Source of the DNA: Tubiluchus corallicola | Taxonomy: Eukaryota; Animalia; Priapulida | NCBI GenBank assembly: GCA_030141605.1 | Contig: JAQGDQ010000003.1 | Span: 1,550,001 to 1,614,000 of the forward strand | Reading direction: 5' to 3' | DNA: 64,000 nt | Part shown: positions 11,672 to 24,790 of the stretch, piece after piece | How positions within the stretch are numbered: position 1 is the stretch's first letter | Layout: every line of letters begins with the position of its first letter | Program-made: the position numbers and the translations under genes | The notes under the pieces: generated by a model | Told to the model about the DNA's origin: nothing | Seen by the model: the letters and a program-made list of their open reading frames with translations, nothing else | Databases searched by the model: none

Positions 11672-13767
11672 TCATTTGCCATATTTTTCAAGCCAAGATT
11701 TTCTAGCTGGATGATTGTCTGCAGGACGTGGATATGGTGTCCATTTAGGAACTCCAACAAAATAACGTAAAAGGTTGCAATGTTCCTGTATAAATAATAC
11801 ATTATATAATTATTATTCAAATATGTGTACATTTCACACTAATCATTCAGTATTCATTTGTTAGCAGTCCCTATTCTTATACAAATGTGATACTGTCCAA
11901 CTGTGAGAGTTACAGAAAATAAATAAGAGTGCATTTCTTTAAGATTTACTTTAACTGAATATAGTACAGAACAAAGGTACTAAGAAGCTGGACAAAGACT
12001 CAATGGCCAATGACTTAGTTTGTTACAGTTAAGTTTCTTTCACGTAAATTTATTCAATTAGTATTATCAATGTACAAAGAGAAGTAGTAATCAGCTGAGC
12101 GGTGACAGTGTGTGCTTAGCCACGAACTTGAGTAGCTCTGAGCCTGGTTAGTTTAATGGCAGTTGTGACTGCCAAGAAAACTGCTTATGGGCAGTTTATT
12201 TCAAATACCGCCTGTGACATTTTTTCTTGATAGGAAAGGATGTGGCACATTCGAACATAGTTAAAACAACTCTGCTTGTTCATTGTCAAATTTTAGAGGA
12301 CTATGTTTAGTAATTTGACAAGTTCCAGCTGCCCAATGAGTGGAGCATTCTACATTGTAGAGTGATTTGAAATGTATAAAAACGTAAAATTAAAAACTTA
12401 CATTCTTGTCCAAAGTGAATCTGTGATAAATTCCAGCTGGAAGTACAATTAAATCACCAGGCACAAGCTCTATCCTTATCCATTTGTCGTTTTCATCACG
12501 AACATCAAAATAACCACAGCCGTCTATGAAAAAGCGAATTTCCAAGTCGGGGTGAAGATGTTCATCCCAGAATGCCTTGCACTAAAAATATCTTTTTGAT
12601 ATCATATATGTAAGACTGCTGTACGTGAATTGACCATTTGAAGTGATTTTCTTTAGTAAACAAATATGCTGATAAACACCCTAAGTTTATTTTACGTGAA
12701 TATGCATTACCTATATAAAAGACATACATACCTTAGGTTCAAACTGGTCACCTAGCGATTTTTTACTGATATTGATGTGGTCCTCATAGGTAAAGGAACG
12801 TTCCTCGCGAAGCTTGGCTAATTTTCCTTCTTCTTCAATATGAAGGTGGTCCAACTAAAAAAACACCAATCGTACTTTTTCCAGTTTTTACCGCATTCTT
12901 TATGTCTAATATTGAGACATTCGAATAATGATATAGATAGCTGTAGATAGGATCTTTATTTGCCAATTAAAATCTTACGTATACAAAATAAAAGTACATT
13001 GCAAATATGAAATGTATAGTGCGTACAGGAGGCAGGATGCCAGTCAATCATAATGTATGCAACTAACCGAATATTGGCAATAGCATCATCGACAACTAAT
13101 ATTACGAAAAAATAAACTATAATAATTATAAACTATGGCGCACAGAGATTATTTACAAAATTGAAATTATTTACAGATAATCACGTGAATTCTAAGATGA
13201 TGAAATGTGGCAAAATTATGACATTGCAACAAAATGATAACACTGAACTGACAGGTATATGTAATTCTCTTACCTTTGCTGGTTTATTCTCTCTACATCC
13301 TCCTTCGATGACAGAAATAAAATAGCCAGAGAATGTGTGTAGCAGATGAACAGTCACCCATTTATTCATCAAGTTTACTCACCCGAACGTTGTCTTACTC
13401 ACAAGCTCAGTATGCGCCATAACCACTCAGCTATTACACATTACCCCAAAATGATTTTTTCTCAAAACGTTTTAGCGCCTTGATATATAGCCCTACTGCT
13501 TTTCAAAATCAAAATTAAGGCCAGCACGACTCTTCTCCCAATAGTGCAATGATTGATTTTTAAAGAGATGAAGAGCTACCTTTCGTAAATTATGCGTACA
13601 CGCGGTATGTACAACAATGATTGTAGGATTAGGCCTACTTTATAATACTCCACGCCCAGCTGCAATAATTTTTCCAATGACACAGGCTTGGGTGGGTCCA
13701 ATTGATGTTCCAATCGCACGTCATGTGTTTGTTTGTTGACGTCAACCATATACCACGCTCTTACCAT
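11672..13767 (-). CDS. ADI1: Acireductone dioxygenase (ARD/ADI1), paralogue A, 181 aa
   Basis: Exons 13767-13639, 12854-12732, 12581-12402, 11785-11672 (TGA); sizes 129/123/180/114, all phase 0. Motifs: MVRAWYM..; [45 protein letters not shown]; [22 protein letters not shown]. The ATG follows a splice acceptor; probable 5'UTR exon with a donor at ~15675. Confidence 0.96.
13270..13440 (-). repeat. SINE-like fragment (tRNA-derived head); related pieces at ~12090-12240 and ~46920-47155
   Basis: The minus strand starts AGCTGAGTGGTTATGGCGC (A-box-like) and contains AATGGGTGACT, which recurs on the minus strand at ~47085. AGCTGAGCGGT occurs at ~12093. Confidence 0.4.
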
Positions 13768-14182
13768 CCTGTAAATTATAGCATTAAAATTTTATAGCAT
13801 AGCATTAGCATATAAATGGGCTTGTTGTAAAATTTAATTTTCATCTTTTTTAAAATTTTTATTACTTTTTATTTCATAAGTGTGTTCTCTAGACGTATTT
13901 TTTATTAACTGTACATATTTATTGTAAATATTTTTGTAGTGTGTTTTTAATTTTTATATGTGCCATCTAATTTTTGAAATCATGTGCGAATAAAGATGAT
14001 ATGCCATATATAACGTAATCTTAAACACCTGACAAAAAGCCATGCTGATTTTTGTCATAACCTACCGGCTTAATAGATAGATCACAGCTGCGTTTAGCCC
14101 CGCCCAACTTGATGACGTAACACTCATTCTCACAAACTCCCTTGCTGTAAGTGCTTACAGCATGTAAATAAATGAAAAACAT

Positions 14183-14495
14183 GGAAAAATTTGGCCCTAA
14201 AAAGTTTGGTACAGGTAAATTTGGTCCTGGTAATTTTGGTACGAGGAAGTTTTGGTACCGGGAAAATTTGCTGCTAGGAATTTTTAGTACAGTCAAATTT
14301 TACCACTAGGAAAATTGGGTACAGAGAAAATGTGGTACTGGGAAGATTTCATACAGTACTGGCAAAGGTTGGCAAGCGTTTTTGGTACAAGTAAATCTGG
14401 TACAAGGGGTAACAAGGTTAAAATAGTAGGTTTGGCGCTAGGAAAGTTTAGTACTGGAAAAGTTTAACTGGCACTAGGAAAATATGGTACGAGAA
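14183..14495. repeat. Degenerate ~15-bp minisatellite (GGTAAATTTGGTAC-like), probably the subterminal array of a foldback-type MITE, in the ADI1-A 5'UTR intron
   Basis: Repeated AAATTTGGTAC/TTTGGTAC/GGCACTAGGAAA units, with architecture similar to the 4238-5090 arrays. Confidence 0.7.
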
Positions 14496-16831
14496 AGGTA
14501 TCTTTTATAATCTACAAAAAGATCATATTAGACATTATGAATGATGAGTATTAAAGACTTATATAATCAGTTAGGGCTTAAACAAGTTAATTACTCAAGT
14601 TAAACTGTGAATAACAGGTCTGCCAAAAACTGGATTTTCAACCGTAATAAACATTAAGGCAATAGTAGCATTTGGCAGTCTCTTGTGACCGCATAAAAGC
14701 TTTAACGAAAAAATAAGAAACTAATTATTTTGGGACTCTCTTTGCCTTAACGTTTTCAGTTAAATATCAGTAACGCGTTTAGCAACTACATAACACGCAA
14801 ATCTAATTTATGTAAACAGTTATTTTGAGGCATAGAAGTTTCGCTTTTAGAAAATCTTAGTCCACAAAAGTCCTTACATGTGATAGTAAACGTCGTAAGC
14901 GCTATTTCGTGCGAACATTTGTGTTTTATTATCGCGTTTTTTGCTGTAAAATCGTTGGATAAGTGATTTTTTGACCTTCTTTGCTTCAATCTGGAGAAAA
15001 CATACTGATGTACACAAACGACATCTCTTCAATCTACTAAACTTTGGATTTGTTTTTATTAATTCCTGTAACTGCCAGTATCACAATAATAATACGTTAT
15101 TAGACGGTGCTTTGTTGTGTGCCGTGAGATGGGAGTAGCCGTCACATGCGTTAACGAGATTATTGTGAGGACGCCTGCCGAGTTGATTTTGACAAATTTA
15201 TTAGTGTTATGACTACAGAAGAAATAAATGTATTTTAGTTTACTTTACAAATTGAAGTTGTGTTTTACCCTAGTGATGTTACTGCTTTACATAATTATAA
15301 TTTCCTATCAACGTATTGGTAACTCGCCAACTCATTCCAAGGGGCAATCCAAGAATTATTTGACTATTTCTCTGTTGTGTAGTATAACATCCATGGCATC
15401 TACTAAACGTTAGGCAGGGATTTAAACCCTAAGCTTTCTGTATAAATTTTTATTGGGAAATGAATTGTTTAGTGCTAGTCTGATTACTACGTTGCAAGAT
15501 GCCTGTCGCTAGTTTGTATGCGGCCTTGACTGTGCTCGATGCCGATTTGCAGTGCGCGTACACGTGCTACCTAAATTCAGTACACGCATACTTACTTAGT
15601 GTCATTATGTTTACAATAAAAAAATCAATTATTTTGCATAAAACTACACAATAAAATGATTGAAGAATATTTACCTGTTAGTATAAGCAATCAATTCCTG
15701 TGATAATTAACTGTTGCCAATGCCAAATTTTCTTAACTGCGCGTAGAACGGGAGAAGAATTTCGCCAGGGTCTTGGTTATTTCCTCAGCTACTGTTTAGC
15801 CCCAAAGCTTGCGCACTGGCCCATTTTGCTGTCCATGCTCATTTCACCAAGGCTGGGCGTTGAAGGTTACAGCGAAACGCGCATTTTAATAGCTGAGTTG
15901 GCTGCTGTAACATTACATGCATCAAATTGCTAACGGTGAAAAGCAGGTGTACAATAAGTGAAAAAATGAGAGTAGAATGTTACCCCAGTTGGTGTAAAGC
16001 ACGTTTTACACACTGAATCACTGATCAAGCTAAAAGCTGTTCTTTCACCATGCGTGGTTCGCAGTGTACCTAACATGATGTTTTAGTTTAAGCAACCCTT
16101 TTATTTGAACTCCTATGTAAATGATTACATGATGTGATACAACATCGAAAATTGATACTCCAAAATTTTCAAGAAAATGGGTTATTAGCAGGATGTACTT
16201 ACATCATATTCTCTCGTTGGCATATATACATCAAACAATGAGTGAGATTTTACTTATTATGAGGGCCATACTCAAAACAAAGACACCCAACTGTTAAAAT
16301 TTATAAACACGTGGAACAGAGTTGATTACCCAATGTATATCTTCTGTATTTTCCATTTAAGTGCATTCATGAACATGATAATTTGCTTAGATTTTGCTTA
16401 CATCTTAAAATTTAATAACTACACGAAACAAATAGTTGTATGATTATAAATAAAAACAGTATATTTATTTGATAAATTATAACTAAAATTTCGATTTTCA
16501 AATGACTAATTATTGTTAATATATTTTCAACCCAGTTGGAAAAGTATTGGCAATTAATTCCTTGAGCAGTCTGTATATTTAACTATATACTTACTCGTAA
16601 ATTGTCACTAATTTTATTACAGTACTACTTATTACGGCTAACATTCCATTGATTTGCACATTACATAATGTCAGCGAGTGAAGATCCGTCAGCATTCAGC
16701 GATTATAACAACTACACTACTATTACCAATTTAGTAATATTACACAGTATTATAGCCACACAATAACACAGTATTGTGACATTTTAGCCAACTTAACATG
16801 GCACATTGATATGCATGTAATCAATATATAT

Positions 16832-16837
<6 letters not shown>

Positions 16838-16862
<25 letters not shown>
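16838..16862. repeat. (TA)n microsatellite
   Basis: Directly visible. Confidence 0.95.
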
Positions 16863-17238
16863 ACCAGTTAAACATTTGATAATCTAATACATTTAGTATT
16901 TTTTATACAAAAAAATTTCCTAATAATTTTGACAATTCATAATTGACTTTTAAAAATAGTAACTACAGAATTACAATCTAAAACTGCAATGCACAAATTT
17001 AGAAATCTCTCTGGTATACCTAGTATGTTAACTGTTTACACAAAATTATACTATCATTACAGAAACTATGGTATTTTTGTGTGCATGACAATGCATTATC
17101 AACCATTAAATTGCATTTACACAGTATAATTTCATTTGAAACTAAGATTTTTAATTTTTTTCACAAATGAAAATTTGGGTACAAATTGTGATCAATACTT
17201 GGAAATGTGTAAAGTAAAAGGCAAGTGTATAAAGTGTC

Positions 17239-17420
17239 CATAGGCGTATGGGCCAATTTTTCCAGGGAGGGGGGCGGCTGTTGCCCGAAAATACTCGGAA
17301 AAAGCCAGGTCAACTACATGATCAAAAATTGTCCGGGATTGAAAAATTTCGAAATTTCCATTTAAGAAAAATATTATTTTTATTTTTTTTATTAATTCAT
17401 ATCTTTCTAATTTCTCATTC
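17239..17420. mobile_element. Partial MITE end (GC-rich terminus)
   Basis: CATAGGCGTATGGGCCAATTTTTCCAGGGAGGGGGG..GCCCGAA resembles the CA(G/T)xGGCG termini of the other hAT-like MITEs in the window. The partner end was not found. Confidence 0.45.
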
Positions 17421-17692
17421 AATTTGAATAAATAACAACACAGTAAAGTTGAAAAATTTCTCTGTTATTTCTGTATTTTGTGTGATTGTGGTCTTCTTGC
17501 ACCATCTGGCACAATAAATGTCAGATAGTGCATCATTTTTATCGTTATCCATCGTTTGGACAAATAATAAAATAACCTTAACCATAGTCACAGAAAGAGT
17601 AATGACTAATTATCAGCATTGAAAGTACAGGTTAGATCACACTGCACACCTTATTGATATTATTAGAAACCCATATTATTATAAAAAAATAC

Positions 17693-20600
17693 TTATTTGC
17701 AATATTTTTCAAGGTAAGCCTTTCTTGCCAGATGATCATCTGCAGGGCGTGGGAATGGTGTCCATACAGGAACTCCAACAAAATAACGATGCACTTTGGC
17801 ATAATCCTTGACAATAAAAAATTTAGAATGATTGCATTTTCCATTATACAGTATTCGCATAACACTATTTATATAGTCTAGCATAACACAGCTTAGCAGC
17901 TTAGAGCTAGTTGTGAAACTTGAGAGCAGTTTATCACTGGTTGTCCATGTTAAGCATTACAATGTTGCACCTCTGATTAACCTGGTGACTTTATGGTTAG
18001 TGCTCTTATTTGACACCAAATGATGCCATGGTTAATTTGAGAAACAAGAGAGCCCATTTAGTTCAGTAAACTCTCGTGAGATATTTATAAACTGTCTAAT
18101 AGCTTAATAGCTTGAGTTATATCCACTTTAGTTAAAGACAAAAAATATTTCCTTCAAAACATATAAAACTTGATTGAGCTAGAAAATAGTTTAAATTTGC
18201 TAAAGCTACCATGAATATACCATTACTAATAGTGTGCCCATCAATACAATCACTGCTGTTCAAAACAAGTATCAGCAGTTGACAAATTTGGTGACGCAAT
18301 TTTCTTAAAGGGAAAGCAAGCCTCTCGGGAAGCTGAATCTAATTGATAGAAATGCTTTAAAGTTCAGCAACAAAATTGTGTAATTAGTACAATCAATTTA
18401 AAGTCACGATCACCTCACGCTTGGGCAAGCCCATTTTTAATGAAAAATGACATTAACCAGTTACCACAACATAAACACTTATCCTGCTAAGTGTATGAGC
18501 AAACTTTTTGCACTGTTGCAGTTATTATTATCAACTACAGGCAATCGAAAACATCAAATGAGAGATTATTAATACTATTTTTTGCTTTTTAATTAATTCC
18601 GTTCAACACTACGTAATGAAAAACAGTTACCAATAATAATATAATAGTCTCCAACTCGGCTAGTTAATGTAGAAAAAAACAAAATAATTATTTTAACAAG
18701 CTAAAACTCAACTCTATAAAGCTAAGTAATCTGCTAGGCAGAAACCGGCAAAACTCCTTGCTTAATTATAATTATATAACTTGTAGGACACACGTTTTGA
18801 GGTATAACCCTGTGGATTAAAAATATGTAAGCACTTTAAAGTTTTTACTAATTGATCAGATGACTAGTTTTTAATATAAGCACAATCAACAAAAAGACTT
18901 AATCAGGTAGAGAAGCCGAATTTCTGAGTGAACAGCAGAAGTTTTGTTACACATGCCTTCATGCCGTCTGCTAGCTTATGTCATTCTTTTCCCAAAACTG
19001 CATACAGCGAGGTTCATTTGGTGGGCAATAAGAATGATTTAATTTCTTTTGCATTTTTAAGCAAGTACGTTAGGCCAAGGTTATAATTTCAAAATTGTAT
19101 ATTGTACATATTAGTGTATATCAAATTATAATGAATGTTGTTAACAGTGCATGGTCATGCCATGCTGGTGCTGTCCAAACTGCAGTCATACTCTACATTT
19201 GCATTACAATTGTCAACTAGCCTGTTTCGAAACAATGACCAACAAGAATGGTTGCAGTGTAGCTAGTGCTCTGTTGATTTTTTGTTATAAAAACAGAAGT
19301 GTTCCGAATGCCTGTCACAGTAATGCAAAACAGTGACACCGATTAAAGTGACAAGAAACAACAAATGAAAACAGCAGAAAGCTGCCTAGAGAAACAAGAA
19401 GACAACAAATAAAAAATGCTATTTATAAAGGCCTTTGACCATGGTATGTATTAGCACCCATGATTGGACGAAAATGAGCTGATATGTCTATAATGATTTC
19501 ACACAGCTGAGTCAATCCACAAGTTAGAAGCCAAGATCACATTTTTAATCATAATATAAAAGATTGACTAAATCTGGGTAAATGAACTACATTATTAGTT
19601 AAAAGGTTATGATAACTGACAACTTACATTTGTATCCAAAGTGAATCGGTGATAAATTCCAGCTGGAAGTATCAGTAGATCCCCTGGACGACATTCAATC
19701 CTCACCCAATTGTCTGAGTCATCACGTACATCAAAATAACCACCTCCTTCTAGAAAAAAACGGATTTCATCGTCGGAATGGAGATGCTCCTCAAAAAACA
19801 TTTTTGTCTAAAAAAGAAATTCAGTGCTGGCAAATTTCTGGAATTTAAAGATTCTTAACGAATGATTTACATATACAGACACGGATTGGGAAGTACCTCA
19901 AAGACGAGGCTTTCCAAGGGACCTACTAGACAATGATGCTCCAAAAGCTAAATTGAAAAGTTATGAAATGGCTGTTGATTAAAAGGGTCATTGTTTTTGT
20001 TTAAGGTTGACTGATTAGAAATTTTTCCATAGTTTTTATTTTGATAAAAGATCCTTTTACATTCACTGTCTTGTCATCAAAGTAGTACATTAAAAGCAAT
20101 ATGATTTTTACATAAAACAGCAGCTTCCTACAACATTTCCCTGAAAACAAGTTTATTTTATATGCATTGTAAAAACTGATTTATAAGATAAAAAAATATT
20201 GTATTTTTACAATAATAACTTGAAAAAGCAACAGTAAAATCAATGTGAAGAAATTTTTATGATTAGTAAAAACAAGACTGAGTGATTGCCTATTGCTAAC
20301 TCATACACTTGCCAATCACCAACGAACAGCCAATCATTGCATTCAAATCTCACTTATGCTGGGATTTTTCTCAAGCCACATTTCATTCAATCAAATAGAA
20401 CTCTCTGGCAGCCTTCTCTGGCTAAGTCTAACAATCATGCGCTGGGAAAAGAAAGGTGGTCAAGTGAAAGGCTAACACCTCTCCTCCTTGCACACCCGGG
20501 TTACGAATATAGATGCCATACCACCCACCCCTACACCGTTAGACATGGGACCATTTTTCTTCTTCCATGATCTTTCTTCTTTGGTTTGCAATTTACAAGA

Positions 20601-21165
20601 CAGCAAGTGCCCATGATATTTGATGTAAAATTTGTTAAATTTACTAGCCAATATGACTGGAATACCTAATATGACTTGAGCAGCTCAACTTATTTGTAAA
20701 AGGATTATTTACGTTACTTTTGTGATGGTCTAGCAACACAATTTTGTCCTTTCTAAATCACTGTGGCAGCTAATATACCTTTAACTCGAACTGATCACCT
20801 AATGACTCTTTACTTATGCAGATATGATCTTCATAACTGAAAGAACGCTCGTCACGAAGTTTAGCCAGTTTTCCTTCCTCTTCAAAATTAACTGGATCCA
20901 ACTGAAAGGATATTGGAATGCATTTAGGTATTCAAAGAGCAACTAGCAAATGAAAACAATCTGTCAAGGTTAAAGAAATGACTATAAACTCAGCCATTTC
21001 AAATTAATTTATCATTACATTTCATAAAATAAACACCTTAAAATATTCCACGCCAAGTTTTAGTAATTTATCTAAGGAAAAAGGTTTGGGAGGCTCCAAC
21101 TGGTGTTCCAATCGCACATCATCCTTCTTGGGATCAACATCTATCATTAACCATGCTCGTACCAT
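17693..21165 (-). CDS. ADI1: Acireductone dioxygenase (ARD/ADI1), paralogue B, 181 aa
   Basis: Exons 21165-21037, 20901-20779, 19807-19628, 17806-17693 (TAA); sizes 129/123/180/114, identical to paralogue A. Motifs: [43 protein letters not shown]; [19 protein letters not shown]. Probable 5'UTR exon with a donor at ~22898. Confidence 0.97.
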
Positions 21166-21553
21166 TCTGAAAAATGTTAAATTTACTTAATCCAAATAAA
21201 ACGAGACAACTCTCGCAGTTTCACAATTTCTGTACATTTCTTAATCTTGGCGCATCAGGGCCAGCTATTGCAAAAAACTTGTAACTAATATCAGATGGCA
21301 GTCACAATGTGACAAGCATATTTAAAAAACAAATATTGCTGTCACCTATTAATTTATGGTGCAAATGACTGTATGACCAGTAGTTTACATTATCTTAGCA
21401 AACGTTGTTACACCATTGAAGTATATCAGGCGATAAAAATAAAATTAAGAAAATAACATTAATAACTAATAGTTAATTTATATTATTTGGTGATTAAACA
21501 TAATGTGGTATTCTTAAAATGCCTATTAATGTGCATGTTACACAATTAGACTA

Positions 21554-22636
21554 CAGTGGCGTCGTGCCATAGGGGCCCGGGCCCCACCAATTTTTTTAGA
21601 AAATGTTAAAAATTTGAAGGGCGTCAGCGGCTCGTAATGAGACCGGCAAGCAAATTTATTTCCGACTTTTTGACACGCGGCCAGCGCTCCATAAATGCGA
21701 ACAGTATGAGCATGAGTATGTGTTTACCTGAAAGTCAGGATGTAGTTAATTTGTTTGCATGTAATCTATCTATTCAGGAGGCAGGCTGGAACAATTAACA
21801 AAGCAGCTCCTTGAGCAGCATTAGCGTCTTTGCACAAAAGACTGTTCGTTAACAAAACGGCTCAGTTAGCACTCGAGCTTCGTTCAGCAGTGTGTTATAA
21901 TAGAGAATAAGTGAAATAATAGAGCAAAAACAATGCAAACATTGAAGTCATGTTGAGCTAGCCTAGTACCGGAGAGTCAGTTTGTGGAGCTAGCCTAGTA
22001 CCAGAGAGTCGGTTTGGGAGATACCAATTGATGAGTCACGGCTCAGCCACCTCCTGATTGGACATTGCCGACTCTTTGCTACTCCTTAGTGACTCTTTCC
22101 CACGAGTTTGCTGCATAAAAGGGCGTGATTTTGAGCACATTTCATCATTTTTCGCCTGCTAGGAGAATCTCTGCTAGTTTTCGCTGCGAATTTTCACGTG
22201 ATTCTATATTTCTTAAACAATGTCAAGGCAGTCCAATCTGACTTCATTTTTCAAGTCCAACCGTGTTCCCGACCCAGGTTCTACGGCGTCTGTATCTACT
22301 GTAACGTCGATTCCAACAGAACGAATCCAAAAGGATGAGTACATCCGTCGGTACTTAAAGTCTGTGGATGAGCTCTTCTGGAGTGATGTTCTGCGTCGGA
22401 TTCCTGACAGCTGATAAATACTTAATTAAATTTTAATTTAATTTTAATTAAGTTTCCGTTGCTATAGCTTCAAGTTAAATGCCATGTTAAATAAATCGTT
22501 TTTCTTGCACGCAAAATACTGTTTATTTTTTTTCAAAATTAAATTTTCAAAATTTAAAATTCAAATTTAAACAGTTAAAATCCGCCATTATAGTCGCCTC
22601 CCCCCCCCCAATTTTTTTGGGTGCACGACGCCCCTG
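21554..22636 (+). mobile_element. Non-autonomous hAT element, 1083 bp, in the ADI1-B 5'UTR intron, carrying a 64-aa micro-ORF
   Basis: 8-bp TSD TTAGACTA at 21546-21553 and 22637-22644. 14-bp TIRs CAGTGGCGTCGTGC / GCACGACGCCCCTG (1 mismatch). Internal ~32-bp direct repeat at ~21955-22018. ORF 22220-22414 begins MSRQSNLTSFF. Confidence 0.92.
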
Positions 22637-22899
22637 TTAGACTACCACAATCTATGGCATGGCACTTATGATTATTCGTCGTCAAGTCCCACCAGCAAAA
22701 AGAGTAGTCACCTGTCCTTTAGTAGCGCTTACATCTTGCCTGCATGTGCAAGTAATGATTAGCGTTTCTGCTGGTTAATCGTGATAACCATCCTAGTGTA
22801 GCATCCTAAACTAAGCATTTCCAGTTTAAAACAATTCTCGATTTAGTAAAATTTTAAAACGAAATTGACTAAATAGATTTAACTATGAAAGCCTCACCT

Positions 22900-23170
22900 G
22901 AAGAACAAATAAAAAAAGAAAGATGAATCAGTTACGCGCAGGAAACTTTAAAGAAGTATATGAGTGGGGCCACGGCACCTCAAACACCCACTTGGCACAG
23001 CACGTGCGTGTCAATTGGTAATACCGGATATCTCCCCTCTACGATCGGTTTTAGAGATTTCCCGCACGATTGTTTACTCTTGTCTTGTGGTTACCACTTT
23101 TTAGAAGTCACGCCGCAAGCGGCTGCGTTGCTCAGGGACACATGTCAGTTATTGACTTTGTTCGTAAAGA
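22900..23170. promoter_or_regulatory. Probable bidirectional promoter between ADI1-B (-) and the PDE gene (+)
   Basis: Locally CpG/GC-richer stretch with an E-box CACGTG (~23001). It lies between a minus-strand donor (CAG|GTGAGG, ~22898) and a plus-strand donor (GG|GTAAGC, 23455). Inferred from gene layout only. Confidence 0.45.
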
Positions 23171-24790
23171 AATACTTTGTGCAGCTAGTGGTAAAGTTTG
23201 CATGTTTTTAAGTTACATTCTACTTGTAAAGTTGGGAGGGTTTGTGGACTTACAACAAGCTGGAAATATCTCGAATGCTCTACTCATTTCCTTTTCTGTC
23301 GTGTGTAATTTTGTATGAAACATGTACTGGTATTTTTATTAGTACTAGTATTAGCGGTATTTCTTACTTCAAATGACCATACCAAAAGAATATTTTTTGT
23401 CACTGTACATTTCATTCAGTACATGATGTGTTGTGTCTTACTCTACCCAATGGGGTAAGCTATTTAAAATCTTTAAAAAAATTAAAGTTTTTTAACCTAT
23501 TTCACCGTAAAGTGAGAACACTTTCTTTTTCTTCTGGCTGTACAAGTATGCGTGCATCGTTGTGTCGACATAGTGGTTTTGGTATGTAACACTTCAAGAA
23601 TGCCAGTTAAGGGTTTCTTGCACACATATTTGTCATGATTGTCAAATTGCAGTTGGAAGAGAAAACTTTAAAATGCTGTGGAGACAGTGTTGTCTTTACA
23701 TATGCCATGCCATTAGTTTTGTTTACAATTGCATTATTTAGTTGCTCAGTCCATGTTACATTAGATGAACAACTTCACAGAACGCAAGATTCCATAAATT
23801 AGTATCAACATTTAACATGCGTAATTTGCTTGAAAATTGGAATACTAGGCCCTCAAAAAATATGAGCCCCAAATAAGGCTTTGAAGCTCAATTTGCAAAA
23901 CTCAGCGCTGGAAAGCCTAATTTTGTTAGTGTTTGAATGTTATTTCATCTATGTTTTACTTGGGCTTGCAGCTATGTATTACGTAGCTACTTAATTAGAT
24001 GAGCAACAACACTCATAAATGGATTGTACAAAAATAGGCATTGTACCTGGTGGATAACCAAATAGCTCAGGTGTGATGTCAGGGTACTAGTCTTGTTAAA
24101 TCATGACTTAGCCCAGCAATAATCATGCCACAAATGCTGTGATTATTTTTTCAAACTTTATGCAATCTTATCTAAACTTGTTTCAAACTTGTTACCATGA
24201 AAACCGTTAAAATGGTTGCGAATAAAGATCATCGCGGGAGTTTAAATTTACAAGCTCTATACAAAGTTGCTCCTAACGCAAGTCCTGTATCCAAAAAGCC
24301 AGCATATAAGTGATATAAAATTTCAAGACGACTTTTAAGCTTTATTTATTAAGAGTGTTTAATTAAATACTGATCATTCTATTAAAATCACTCACAGAAC
24401 TATATGTATCATTGTTCACAAGACCTTGCCATTTCACTTGAACAGACTACTTACTAGTATGTAAATTCAAATGACTACTTATTTTTAGTTACAGAGTTTC
24501 AAGTGATCTGACTTTGCGAGTAAGAAAATTTCATAATTAGACACATAGTACCTAGCTGCTTCTTATAAAAAAGCTACAATAGTTTCTTATTTTTTATTTT
24601 CTAGTTGTTGGAGAAATGTCATGATTTGAGCTTATGTGTGTTTGTGCATTTTTACCGGTAGCAGTTGAATCACACAAACATGTAGAAATCAAGAAAGGAA
24701 CATAAGTCCTAGATGAAAGGTTTTATGAAGAGGAAGCTGTTGAATGTTGTGTGTTGTGCAGATGTTTGATTATTTATTATTAATGAATTG

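Noticed and set aside
10840-11672. ADI1-A and MICOS13 as a trans-spliced operon
   Set aside because: Same strand and close, but the ~830-bp gap holds a microsatellite and a repeat relic, and nothing in the sequence demonstrates SL trans-splicing.
14021-14296. ORF with repeated PNF/PKL motifs
   Set aside because: It is a translation of the 15-bp minisatellite.
4238-14495. Short regularly spaced repeats as a CRISPR array
   Set aside because: Eukaryotic intronic DNA; the repeats are degenerate and adjacent, with no unique spacers and no cas genes.
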